64,000 bases of DNA from Candidatus Fermentithermobacillaceae bacterium (GTDB taxonomy: Bacteria > Bacillota > Sulfobacillia > Fermentithermobacillales > Fermentithermobacillaceae). The DNA lies in assembly GCA_012842685.1 (NCBI GenBank), contig DUSI01000047.1:2059-66058 (forward strand). The letters are read 5' to 3'. The notes under the pieces were generated by a model. That model saw only the letters and a program-made list of their open reading frames with translations, did not search any database and had not been told where the DNA came from. This document shows, one piece after another, positions 1 to 8,303 of the stretch (its first letter is position 1; each line of letters starts with the position of its first letter). Made by a program: the position numbers and the translations under genes.

Positions 1-1221
1 GCTCCGGTTGTAGGCGAAGTCTTGAACTTCGCCCGTGGCGAGGTCGAGCGTCACTACCTTGCTGCCCGTTATCTCGCCGGTTACGCCCGTCGCAGGGTCT
101 CCCGCCCCGAAGGCGGCCACGTACATTTTGCCCTCGCCGTCAAACCCCTTGGGCGCGAAGTCGAATCTCATGGCCGCGGTGTGGGGTTTGAAAGTGGCGA
201 GAGGCTGCTCTACGGGCGGGTGCTCCGCCATCAGGAAAGCAGGTGGGGCCTCTTGTCCCGCCGAGCGAAACGCAGGGTCGGTGATGGGGATGCCCCCCAC
301 GTAGTCGGGCCACCCGTACCAGCCGTCCCGGACGATTTCATACACGCAGTCCGGGGCGTTCGCGACGGGCCTGACCCCCCGGTCGTCGTAGCCCTGGTCG
401 ATGGCGATGAGCCTGCCTGAGGGGTCAAAACGTAAGGCGAAGGGGTTCCTGAGCCCCCACGCGTAGACTTCCGCGCCATTTCCGTCCGGCCTCAGGCGGA
501 TGATCACTCCGCTTGCCTTCAGGCTGCCGGGTATGACCTGTCCCGGCGAAGTAGCTGTCCCAAATGGGGAAAACCCACCTGTGACCGCCTTGTCCATGGG
601 ATTCAGTGTCCTCAGGTCCAGGGACTCGTAGTTCTGTCCGGCAAGCTTTATGTCTTTACCCGGTATGTCGCAGAGCGCCGGGTTCTCCGCGGCCCATCCG
701 AAACGGAAATTGTCGTCGCCCACGACTCCGGAGTTCGTCGTGGTGCCGTTGCCGAGGTAGATCCAGCCTTCGTCATCGAAGGCTATCTCTCCGGTGAAGT
801 GGTCCCCGTAAGGCAGGCCTGTGAGGAGGTCCACGCGGGAACCGTCTCTCATCACGGACAAAGTGCCTTTGTGGGCGATGTACAGCTCACCATCTATGAA
901 CTTGATGTCGGTCGCGGGGGAATTGAGACCGTCTACCACGGTTTCGGGGGTGCCGTTTTCTACCCGCAGGACCCTGCCGGGCCCCACTTCCTTAGGGCCA
1001 TAGGCGTACCCAGCTTCCAGGACATACATCCTGCCTTCCTCGTCCCATGCGATGGCCGTCGGGAAAGTGAGCCCTGTGACCACGGGTTCAATCCTGTAAC
1101 CGCCCGGGAGCATCACTTCAAAGGTTTCCTCGGCTTGTATGGGGGTGACCCTCAGCGTGAGGAAAGAGACGACCACAAAGACAACGACGAGTATGGACAG
1201 AAAGACCCTCTTCGCCATCAT
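1..1221 (-). CDS. PQQ-dependent sugar (glucose/sorbosone-type) dehydrogenase, soluble beta-propeller family; N-terminal signal/TM; C-terminus runs off the window start
   Basis: Manual translation of the - strand from ATGATG at 1221-1216 gives MMAKRVFLSILVVVFVVVSFL...EPVVTGLTFPTAIAWDEEGRMYVLEAGYAYGP...GELYIAHKG...GWPDY.... This resembles the sorbosone/glucose dehydrogenase (GSDH) fold. It is not in the ORF track because it is open at the window edge. It overlaps the upstream gene by 4 nt. Confidence 0.6.
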   Translation of the reverse strand, partial: MMAKRVFLSILVVVFVVVSFLTLRVTPIQAEETFEVMLPGGYRIEPVVTGLTFPTAIAWDEEGRMYVLEAGYAYGPKEVGPGRVLRVENGTPETVVDGLNSPATDIKFIDGELYIAHKGTLSVMRDGSRVDLLTGLPYGDHFTGEIAFDDEGWIYLGNGTTTNSGVVGDDNFRFGWAAENPALCDIPGKDIKLAGQNYESLDLRTLNPMDKAVTGGFSPFGTATSPGQVIPGSLKASGVIIRLRPDGNGAEVYAWGLRNPFALRFDPSGRLIAIDQGYDDRGVRPVANAPDCVYEIVRDGWYGWPDYVGGIPITDPAFRSAGQEAPPAFLMAEHPPVEQPLATFKPHTAAMRFDFAPKGFDGEGKMYVAAFGAGDPATGVTGEITGSKVVTLDLATGEVQDFAYNRS

Positions 1222-1643
1222 GCTCGCCGCCTTTCGGGGATTCTCTCACGGAATGCATGAAAGACCTCGCCGAGGACGAGCCCGTACACCAGGTAGGCAG
1301 CCAGTACTTTGAGCCACCTGGAGGCGAGGGTGAACTGGGGAGGGAGCCCGATCCAGAGAGGCACAAGGGTGAGAGGACCCAGGACCCACGCGATTAGGCC
1401 CGTGACGAGGCCGCCTGCCACGGCGCTGCTCCGCTGGGGCAGAAATGCCGCGGCGAAGAAGGCGAACGCCACGCCGAACACGAGGGATAGGAGGATGTGG
1501 GGTATCCACCCTGTCGACGGTCTCGGGGGGAGGCCGAGAAGCAGGCTGAGCGGGGTGAGGACCCACATAAGCTGGAGCATAATCCCGGATACAAGGCCTC
1601 CGGCGAGGCCCGCCAACACTCCGGCGTACAAGGTAATTCCCAC
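1218..1643 (-). CDS. hypothetical polytopic membrane protein (about 4 TM helices)
   Basis: 141 aa ORF, hydrophobic helices throughout. GTG start is preceded by AAAGAGGGGA. It has an ATGA-type overlap with the downstream dehydrogenase gene, so the two are an operon. Confidence 0.55.
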   Translation of the reverse strand: MGITLYAGVLAGLAGGLVSGIMLQLMWVLTPLSLLLGLPPRPSTGWIPHILLSLVFGVAFAFFAAAFLPQRSSAVAGGLVTGLIAWVLGPLTLVPLWIGLPPQFTLASRWLKVLAAYLVYGLVLGEVFHAFRERIPERRRA

Positions 1644-1699
1644 GCCTTGATCCCCTCTTTCGGGAAAGCTTTGTCACGTCTAGTATTGAGAACTACCCT

Positions 1700-2224
1700 T
1701 CAGGTCATGCTATTCCGCCGGGATTCGAGGGCTCTCTCCAGCCTCTGAGACTGGCATTCGCAGGCGATCTCCAGCACCTTGTAGGATATTTCCAGGTGCT
1801 TTTCGGTGATGGCCTCTCCCGGATACTCGCGGAGGTATATCCCGGGGTGTATGAGGTTCCTTATCACCCTCACCACTTCCACGTAGTCGCCTACCTTGGC
1901 GTCGTGGGGGTCGAGGTCATCTACGTCTTTGTGGCTCGAAGGGAGCCACTCAAGGCTCTTGGCCACGACGAGGAGCTGGGATAGCCCCCATTCCTTCCGG
2001 GGCCTCCGGAGCTCTTTCGCCTGGGATCTGCGCCTGAGGTGGGCGACTTCTCCTGCGAAGCACTCCGCCATGGCGAGGAGCGCAGCTTCCAGGGCAGACG
2101 CCAGGAGCACGCAGCTCGCCAGGTAGGCGCCCGACTTCCGGCAGCGCTCTGCCTCGTCCCTGTAGAAAGCAAAGAGGGCCAGGATCTCGCAAAGGGAAGT
2201 TACGCTTCCTTTTTCATCTTTCAA
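1700..2224 (-). CDS. hypothetical alpha-helical protein with a C-terminal R-x6-H (HEPN-like) motif
   Basis: The track ORF is 1700..2380, but its N-terminal 50 aa are P/G/R-rich (likely non-coding). TTG at 2224 is preceded by GGGGGAG, so the start is most likely there. C-terminus: ...GDYVEVVRVIRNLIHPGIYLREYPGE.... Confidence 0.45.
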   Translation of the reverse strand: MKDEKGSVTSLCEILALFAFYRDEAERCRKSGAYLASCVLLASALEAALLAMAECFAGEVAHLRRRSQAKELRRPRKEWGLSQLLVVAKSLEWLPSSHKDVDDLDPHDAKVGDYVEVVRVIRNLIHPGIYLREYPGEAITEKHLEISYKVLEIACECQSQRLERALESRRNSMT

Positions 2225-2378
2225 AGGCAACTCCCCCGACGGATAGCCGGTAGTCTTCTTCCCTTGAAGTTTTTGCAGCGCAGGTCCCCGTATTCCTGAT
2301 GGGTACCCGGGGCGCGGTGCCGGTGCCGGTAGTTGGCAGATATTGCCAACGCGCGCGCGGGCGTGATAGGATCGTGCC

Positions 2379-3014
2379 ATGCAACGCAGGCTGGACGTCC
2401 TGATCTACATTGTCTCTGCTGTATTCCTCATTGGAGCCGCTTGTATCTGGTGGCAGGGAGTGCGGCCTTCGGGAGCCACGGCCGTACTTGAGGAGATCGG
2501 TCCCCTGCCCGGGGCCGAGGCCCCGAAAGAGAACCCTGGACCTCACGAAGAGCCCGCGACAATCGTGGTGCACGTGGGTGGGGCCGTCAAGCACCCCGGT
2601 GTTTACCACCTCAGAGAAGGCCAGCGGGTCTACGAAGCGGTCGCTCTGGCAGAGCCTGAAGAAGATGCCGACCTCGATCTTCTCAACCTGGCGGCACTCC
2701 TAAGAGACTCCCAGCGTATCATCGTGCCCAGGAAGGGAGAGACACCCTCGACCGGAGCATTTGCGGGAGGGGGAGACGGGGAGGGGCCGGGGTCCTCCGG
2801 TTTGGAAGGGGGTCCCTCATACCCCATCAACGTCAACACCGCGACTCAGAAGGAGCTTGAGGCTCTGCCCGGGATAGGGCCCGTCCTTGCCAGGGCCATC
2901 ATCGACTACAGGGAGAAGGCCGGTCCTTTCAGAAAGGTCGAGGAACTCCTCAACGTATCCGGGATAGGGGAGAAGATCCTCGCGAGGATATCTCCGTATC
3001 TCGTAGCTGAATGA
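2379..3014 (+). CDS. comEA: competence protein ComEA (SLBB + helix-hairpin-helix DNA-binding domain, N-terminal TM)
   Basis: C-terminal NVNTATQKELEALPGIGPVLARAIIDYREKAGPFRKVEELLNVSGIGEKILARISPYL is a classic ComEA HhH module. Confidence 0.85.
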   Translation: MQRRLDVLIYIVSAVFLIGAACIWWQGVRPSGATAVLEEIGPLPGAEAPKENPGPHEEPATIVVHVGGAVKHPGVYHLREGQRVYEAVALAEPEEDADLDLLNLAALLRDSQRIIVPRKGETPSTGAFAGGGDGEGPGSSGLEGGPSYPINVNTATQKELEALPGIGPVLARAIIDYREKAGPFRKVEELLNVSGIGEKILARISPYLVAE

Positions 3015-3104
3015 GGGAAGTGAGGCTACCCAAGCCGTCTCTATCCAGGCATTAAGATACATATTTCCCCATGTAGACGGGCAAACCACACAGGTAATGA
3101 CTTG

Positions 3105-3134
3105 TTGACAACCCGCTTTTTGCCTCACTATAAT
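3105..3134 (+). promoter_or_regulatory. sigma-A type promoter of groESL (-35 TTGACA 3105-3110, 18 bp spacer, -10 TATAAT 3129-3134)
   Basis: Consensus hexamers read directly from the sequence, immediately upstream of CIRCE. Confidence 0.7.
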
Positions 3135-3143
3135 ATGCCTCGG

Positions 3144-3170
3144 TTAGCACTCGCACCGCTTGAGTGCTAA
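3144..3170 (+). promoter_or_regulatory. CIRCE operator (HrcA binding site) TTAGCACTC-N9-GAGTGCTAA
   Basis: A perfect CIRCE inverted repeat lies between the promoter and groES. Confidence 0.95.
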
Positions 3171-3221
3171 TAACAGGGAAAGAATGCGAAGAACTACCGT
3201 TAAAGGGGGTCATTGTTGGTG

Positions 3222-3512
3222 GTGCTCAAGCCTCTAGCTGACCGCGTGGTCGTGAAGCCGATCAAGGCGGAAGAGATGACCAAGGGAGGAATCGTCCTGC
3301 CCGATACCGCCAAAGACAAGCCGCAAGAGGGCGAAGTCATCGCAGTAGGTACCGGCCGTATCCTTGACAACGGCACCAAGGTTCCTCTCGAAGTCAAGGT
3401 CGGCGACAGAGTGGTCTACTCCAAGTACAGCGGCAGCGAGATCAAGATCGACGGTGAGGAGTACCTCATCATCCGCGAAAGCGAGATCCTCGCCATAAGG
3501 CAGAAGGAGTAG
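3222..3512 (+). CDS. groES: co-chaperonin GroES
   Basis: [43 protein letters not shown].... GTG start at 3222 with AAGGGGG RBS. The track ORF starts 9 nt earlier. Confidence 0.95.
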   Translation: MLKPLADRVVVKPIKAEEMTKGGIVLPDTAKDKPQEGEVIAVGTGRILDNGTKVPLEVKVGDRVVYSKYSGSEIKIDGEEYLIIRESEILAIRQKE

Positions 3513-3566
3513 CCGCTTTAGAGGGGCTGCCCGTTAAGATTATCTAGCTAGGAGGGACTGACAGAA

Positions 3567-5186
3567 GTGCCCGCAAAGATAATTGCGTACGACGTAGAGG
3601 CGCGTAAAGCCCTTGAAGCCGGAGTCGCCGCGGTTGCCAACGCGGTGAAGGTAACCCTGGGTCCGAAGGGTCGCAATGTAGTGCTGGACCGCAAGTTCGG
3701 GTCTCCGGTGATCACCAAGGACGGCGTCACCGTAGCGAAGGAAATCGAGCTTTCGGATCCTTATGAGAACATGGGTGCCCAGCTCTGCCGCGAGGTCGCG
3801 AGCAAGACCAACGACGTGGCAGGCGACGGTACCACCACCGCGACTGTCCTCGCTCACGCCATCGTCCGGGAAGGCATGAAGAACGTGGCCGCCGGCGCCA
3901 ACCCCATCTTCCTGAAGAGGGGCATTGACAAGGCCGTCGCCAGGTGCGTCGAAGAGATGAAGAAGATGGCCATCCCGGTCGAGACCAAGGAAGACATCGC
4001 GAACATAGCCGCCAACGCCGGTAACGACAAGGAGATCGGCAACCTCATCGCCGACGCCATGGACAAGGTAGGTAAGGACGGCGTCATCACCATCGAAGAG
4101 TCCAAGGGAACGGCCACCACCGTCGAAGTCGTCGAAGGAATGGAGTTCGACCGCGGTTACCTCTCGGGTTACTTCGTGACCAACACCGAGGCCATGACCG
4201 CCGAACTCGAAGACCCCTTCATCCTCATCTACGAGAAGAAGATCTCCGCAGTTGCCGACATCCTGCCGCTTCTTGAGAAAGTAGCCAGGGCAGGCAGGCC
4301 GCTCCTCATCATAGCCGAAGACCTTGAGGGTGAGGCTCTCGCTACCCTCGTCCTCAACAAGATCCGCGGTACCCTGCAGGTCTGCGCCGTCAAGGCGCCC
4401 GGATTCGGCGACAGGCGCAAGGCCATGCTCGGCGACATCGCTGTGCTCACCGGCGGCCAGTTTATCTCCGAAGACCTCGGCGTGAAGCTTGAGAACGTCG
4501 ATCTCAGCATGCTCGGCCAGGCCGCCAGGGTCAAGGTCGCCAAGGAGAAGACCACCATCGTGGAAGGCAAGGGCTCCAAGAAGGACATTGAGGCCCGCAT
4601 CGCCCAGATCCGCAAGGAGCTCGAAGAGACCGATTCCGATTACGACCGCGAGAAGCTCCAGGAGAGGCTCGCCAAGCTCGCAGGCGGCGTAGCGGTCATC
4701 AAGGTCGGCGCCGCTTCGGAGACCGAGCTCAAGGAGAAGAAGCACCGCTTCGAGGATGCCCTCTCGGCTACCAGGGCCGGCGTTGAAGAGGGTATGGTAC
4801 CGGGCGGCGGCACCATCTTCATCAACGTCGCTCCGGTTATCGACGAGCTTGACCTCACCGGCGACGAGAAGGTCGGCGCCATGATCGTCAAGAAGGCCCT
4901 CGAGGAGCCGCTCAAGCAGATCGCCAACAACGCCGGTCTTGAGGGTTCGGTTATCGTCGAGAAGGTCAAAAACTCGGGCAAGAAGGGTTGGGGCCTTGAG
5001 GTTATCTCCGGTGAGTTCATCGACCTCGCTAAGAACGGCGTAGTCGACCCGCTCAAGGTCGTCCGTTCGGCCCTTGAGAACGCTGCATCGGTGGCGTCCA
5101 TGGTCCTCACCACGGATTGCCTCATCGCCGAGAAGCCCGAGAAGGAGAAGACCCCGCCGTACCCGAACCCGGATATGGATTACTAA
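3567..5186 (+). CDS. groEL: chaperonin GroEL (group I, Cpn60)
   Basis: 539 aa with AAVEEGIVPGGG...[10 protein letters not shown]-type GroEL motifs. Confidence 0.97.
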   Translation: MPAKIIAYDVEARKALEAGVAAVANAVKVTLGPKGRNVVLDRKFGSPVITKDGVTVAKEIELSDPYENMGAQLCREVASKTNDVAGDGTTTATVLAHAIVREGMKNVAAGANPIFLKRGIDKAVARCVEEMKKMAIPVETKEDIANIAANAGNDKEIGNLIADAMDKVGKDGVITIEESKGTATTVEVVEGMEFDRGYLSGYFVTNTEAMTAELEDPFILIYEKKISAVADILPLLEKVARAGRPLLIIAEDLEGEALATLVLNKIRGTLQVCAVKAPGFGDRRKAMLGDIAVLTGGQFISEDLGVKLENVDLSMLGQAARVKVAKEKTTIVEGKGSKKDIEARIAQIRKELEETDSDYDREKLQERLAKLAGGVAVIKVGAASETELKEKKHRFEDALSATRAGVEEGMVPGGGTIFINVAPVIDELDLTGDEKVGAMIVKKALEEPLKQIANNAGLEGSVIVEKVKNSGKKGWGLEVISGEFIDLAKNGVVDPLKVVRSALENAASVASMVLTTDCLIAEKPEKEKTPPYPNPDMDY

Positions 5187-5207
5187 ACCGGCGGTTTGAA
5201 CGCGAAC

Positions 5208-5246
5208 AAGGTCCGGGACCCCGTCCCGGGCCTTTGACTTGTTTGT
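5208..5246 (+). terminator. rho-independent terminator after groEL (GGTCCGGGACCCCGTCCCGGGCC hairpin + TTTGACTTGTTTGT)
   Basis: GC-rich inverted repeat followed by a T-rich tract, directly after the groEL stop. Confidence 0.7.
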
Positions 5247-5486
5247 AGCGGAGCTTGCCCCACCCTTACTTGAGCGCCCACGATGGCTCTTACTCCCTTT
5301 CGCCCCTTATCGGTCTTCTACCATCTATACCCGGGAGGCGACAAAGCTCATGAGATCTTGCCGGAAGGAGGGTGACAACACTGGAACATTTGTGGATCCT
5401 TTACGTCTAGAACGGGGAAGACTTCCAGGCTTTTTCGTATGTACATAGGAGTACAAGGTTCGGCTTAAGGTTGGGGAGGAGACAGC

Positions 5487-7061
5487 ATGCAGCGATTTCC
5501 GGTGAGATGGGCAGTGATCACGGTTCTGGTCCTGGCTATCGTAGGCCTCGGCTATTGGGGTGTAAAAGCTATGATAAGCGAGGGCCAGCCAAAGCTGGTC
5601 ATGGCGACCAAGCCCGTGATAGTAGGAGATATCGAGGTTGTAGTGTGGGGCTGGGGTACGCTTACGGCGAAAGAAGAGCGGGATGTGGTGACCAGCGCGG
5701 AAGGCGTAGTTAAGGAAGTGTTCTTCCAGGCAGGTGACCCGGTACAGAAGGGGCAAGTGCTCGCGACTATAGATCCGGGCACGCTTTCCATGACCATCCG
5801 TTCCCTCGAACTCGAGATCGAAGGCAAGAGGCTTGAACTTGCACGCCAGTTTGGCGTTTCTCCAGACGAGGTCGAACACGTCGATCCGGCTTCTGCGCTG
5901 ATTGTAAGGAGCCCCATGAGCGGCACCATCTCCGGGCTGGGGCTTGCTTCGGGCTCGACGGCCTCGGGCGAGATCTGCAAGGTTGTTGACGACAGGAGAC
6001 TCGTCATCCAGATGCAAGTGCCCGAGTTCATCTACAGCGCCGTAAGGGTAGGCACTCCCGCTTACTTTACGCCAAAACGGTTCGAGGGGCGTGTGCCGGG
6101 GACCGTTACGAGAGTTGACTCCATCCCCGTAAAGACCGATCAGGCGTACATGTACAACATATGGGTCGAGATAGGGAACCCGGGGCTTCTGAAAGTCGGC
6201 GACGAGGGCACGGTAGCTTTTGACGCTCCCGGGGTCGAGTATCAGCCGACGGCCAAGATCACGTCCTTCGGGGCTCAGGAATCAGTGACGACTGCCGTGT
6301 CGGGTAGGGTCAAATCGGTTTTTGTGAGAGACGGTCAGTGGGTGAACGAGGGTGACCCGATACTCGAGTTGGAAGAGGGTGGAGCCCTCATCCAGGCGAT
6401 GACGCTCCAGCTTGAGTTCAAGAAGAAGGTCGCCGAGCTCGAAGACAAGAAGGCTCAGCTGTCCAACCTGACTGTGATATGCCCCATGGATGGCGTGGCC
6501 ATGGAACAGAACTTGACCGTAGGGATGACCGTGGGTAAGGGGAGCCGGGTGACCCGCGTTGCCAACTTCCAAGAGATGAACCTCATGCTCAGGGTCGACG
6601 AGATTGACGTCCCCAAGGTACAGGAAGGGCAACAGGCAGAGGTCGTTGTCTGGGGACGTGAAGGGCAGCAGGCGGTCCCGGCGGTAGTGAGCAAGATAGG
6701 AGCCACGGGCGACCTGAGAGATGGATATTCCTCGTTCAACATCACCTTGTCTGTTCCAAACCCAGGCTTCCTGCGGCCCGGCATGGGCGGCGAAGCCAGG
6801 ATCTTTGTATCCAGGAAAGAGGGCGTGCTCCTCTGCCCTGTGGAGGCACTGTATAAAGAGGACAATCAGTGGTATGTCGACGTGAAAACCGGCGAAAACG
6901 AGAGGACTCCAGTTCAGGTTGAGGTCGACGCCATGAACGACATGTACGCCGAGATAATAAGCGGGCTCACCGAGGGCCAGGAAGTCGTGGTCGGCATGAC
7001 CAAAGACCCCAATGATCCCTCCATGGGAGGACGGACCGGAGTGATTAGACGCATCTACTAA
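5487..7061 (+). CDS. HlyD-family efflux transporter periplasmic adaptor subunit (membrane fusion protein); internally duplicated
   Basis: 524 aa with an N-terminal TM helix. There are two biotin-lipoyl-like hairpin segments, each followed by a coiled coil and a beta-barrel. Confidence 0.85.
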   Translation: MQRFPVRWAVITVLVLAIVGLGYWGVKAMISEGQPKLVMATKPVIVGDIEVVVWGWGTLTAKEERDVVTSAEGVVKEVFFQAGDPVQKGQVLATIDPGTLSMTIRSLELEIEGKRLELARQFGVSPDEVEHVDPASALIVRSPMSGTISGLGLASGSTASGEICKVVDDRRLVIQMQVPEFIYSAVRVGTPAYFTPKRFEGRVPGTVTRVDSIPVKTDQAYMYNIWVEIGNPGLLKVGDEGTVAFDAPGVEYQPTAKITSFGAQESVTTAVSGRVKSVFVRDGQWVNEGDPILELEEGGALIQAMTLQLEFKKKVAELEDKKAQLSNLTVICPMDGVAMEQNLTVGMTVGKGSRVTRVANFQEMNLMLRVDEIDVPKVQEGQQAEVVVWGREGQQAVPAVVSKIGATGDLRDGYSSFNITLSVPNPGFLRPGMGGEARIFVSRKEGVLLCPVEALYKEDNQWYVDVKTGENERTPVQVEVDAMNDMYAEIISGLTEGQEVVVGMTKDPNDPSMGGRTGVIRRIY

Positions 7062-7091
7062 GAGGGGCCGGTCCTAAAAGGAGGGATACGG

Positions 7092-8252
7092 GTGCGCAGC
7101 ATAGACGTCTTGAGAATATCCGTGAGGGGACTCACCGGTAACAAGATGCGGTCGGCCCTCACGATGCTGGGGGTCATAATCGGGGTCGCCTCGGTGATCG
7201 CCCTGGTGTCCATAGGCGAAGGCGCAAGGCGCGACGTCATAGAGAACTTCGAGAGCATAGGCACCAACATCCTTAGGATGTACATGCAGCGGTGGGATGC
7301 GAGGCTTACCCTTGAGCAGGTCAACAACATCAAAGAGCGCGTCCCCGACATGGAGATGATCATGCCTGTCGTGAGCTGGGGCGCTCAGGTTACCTACGAG
7401 GGTAAGCAGCGCTGGGCGTCGACCATGGGGGTAACACCTATATTCCCGAAGATCAGGGAACACGAGGTTTACATAGGAAGATTCTTCACTGATGTTGAGA
7501 TGGAGATAGCCCGTCCCGTGTGCGTGTTGGGGTGGCAGGTGGCACAAGACCTATTCGCGGGAAGGAATCCCGTGGGGAAGACCATCTACCTTGACCAAAA
7601 GCCGTTCCAGATAATCGGCGTCTTGGAGGAGAAAGGCCAGTATCTCGGCGAGGGCATCGACCACATGATAGTCGTGCCCCTCACCTGCGCCCAGCGCGGC
7701 AGGGGTACCAACAGGGTCGACGAGGTCTTCATGAAAGCCAGCAGCAAAGATACGGTCCCGGTTGTGAAGGTCACCGTGGAGCGTATCTTCGAGTCCAAGT
7801 ACGGCCCGAACTCGGTCTACGTGTGGACCCAGCAGGAGATGCTCGACCAGCTGCAGGAGGCTACGAGAACCATGACGCTGATGTTGGGAGCCATCGCGGG
7901 GGTATCCCTCCTCGTAGGTGGCATCGGGGTCATGAACATCATGCTGGTCGCCGTCGCGGAGCGTACCAGAGAAATCGGCCTCCGGATGGCGGTAGGAGCA
8001 AAACGGATCCACGTGATGCTCCAGTTCCTGTTGGAAAGCGCCATGCTTTGTTCCCTGGGCGGGATAGCTGGGATAGCTCTCGGCCTGTTTGCGTCGGGGA
8101 TGGTCCAGAGGATGGGTCCCCGGACCCTTGTGTCGCCCACCTCCATAGGGGTGGCTTTCGGCTTTGCCGTGCTGGTGGGATTTGTGTTTGGAGTTTACCC
8201 CGCCTACAGGGCATCCAGGCTGGCGCCCGTGGAGGCCTTGAGGAGCGAGTAA
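7092..8252 (+). CDS. ABC transporter permease, FtsX/MacB-like (4 TM helices plus a large extracytoplasmic domain); no ATPase domain
   Basis: 386 aa. The MRSALTMLGVIIGVASVIALVSIG N-terminal helix and C-terminal FtsX helices are typical of MacB/YknZ-type permeases. GTG start with AGGAGGG RBS. Confidence 0.85.
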   Translation: MRSIDVLRISVRGLTGNKMRSALTMLGVIIGVASVIALVSIGEGARRDVIENFESIGTNILRMYMQRWDARLTLEQVNNIKERVPDMEMIMPVVSWGAQVTYEGKQRWASTMGVTPIFPKIREHEVYIGRFFTDVEMEIARPVCVLGWQVAQDLFAGRNPVGKTIYLDQKPFQIIGVLEEKGQYLGEGIDHMIVVPLTCAQRGRGTNRVDEVFMKASSKDTVPVVKVTVERIFESKYGPNSVYVWTQQEMLDQLQEATRTMTLMLGAIAGVSLLVGGIGVMNIMLVAVAERTREIGLRMAVGAKRIHVMLQFLLESAMLCSLGGIAGIALGLFASGMVQRMGPRTLVSPTSIGVAFGFAVLVGFVFGVYPAYRASRLAPVEALRSE

Positions 8253-8303
8253 GGGGCAACTCGCGCGGGATAGCAATTTCTGGAAGGAATTGTCGGCGGC
8301 GGC

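Noticed and set aside
799-1260. 153 aa + strand ORF
   Set aside because: Opposite strand of the PQQ-type dehydrogenase gene. No RBS.
3540-4745. 401 aa ORF antisense to groEL
   Set aside because: Entirely inside groEL on the opposite strand, with L/D/G/E-rich low-complexity translation. This is a classic shadow ORF of a GC-rich gene.
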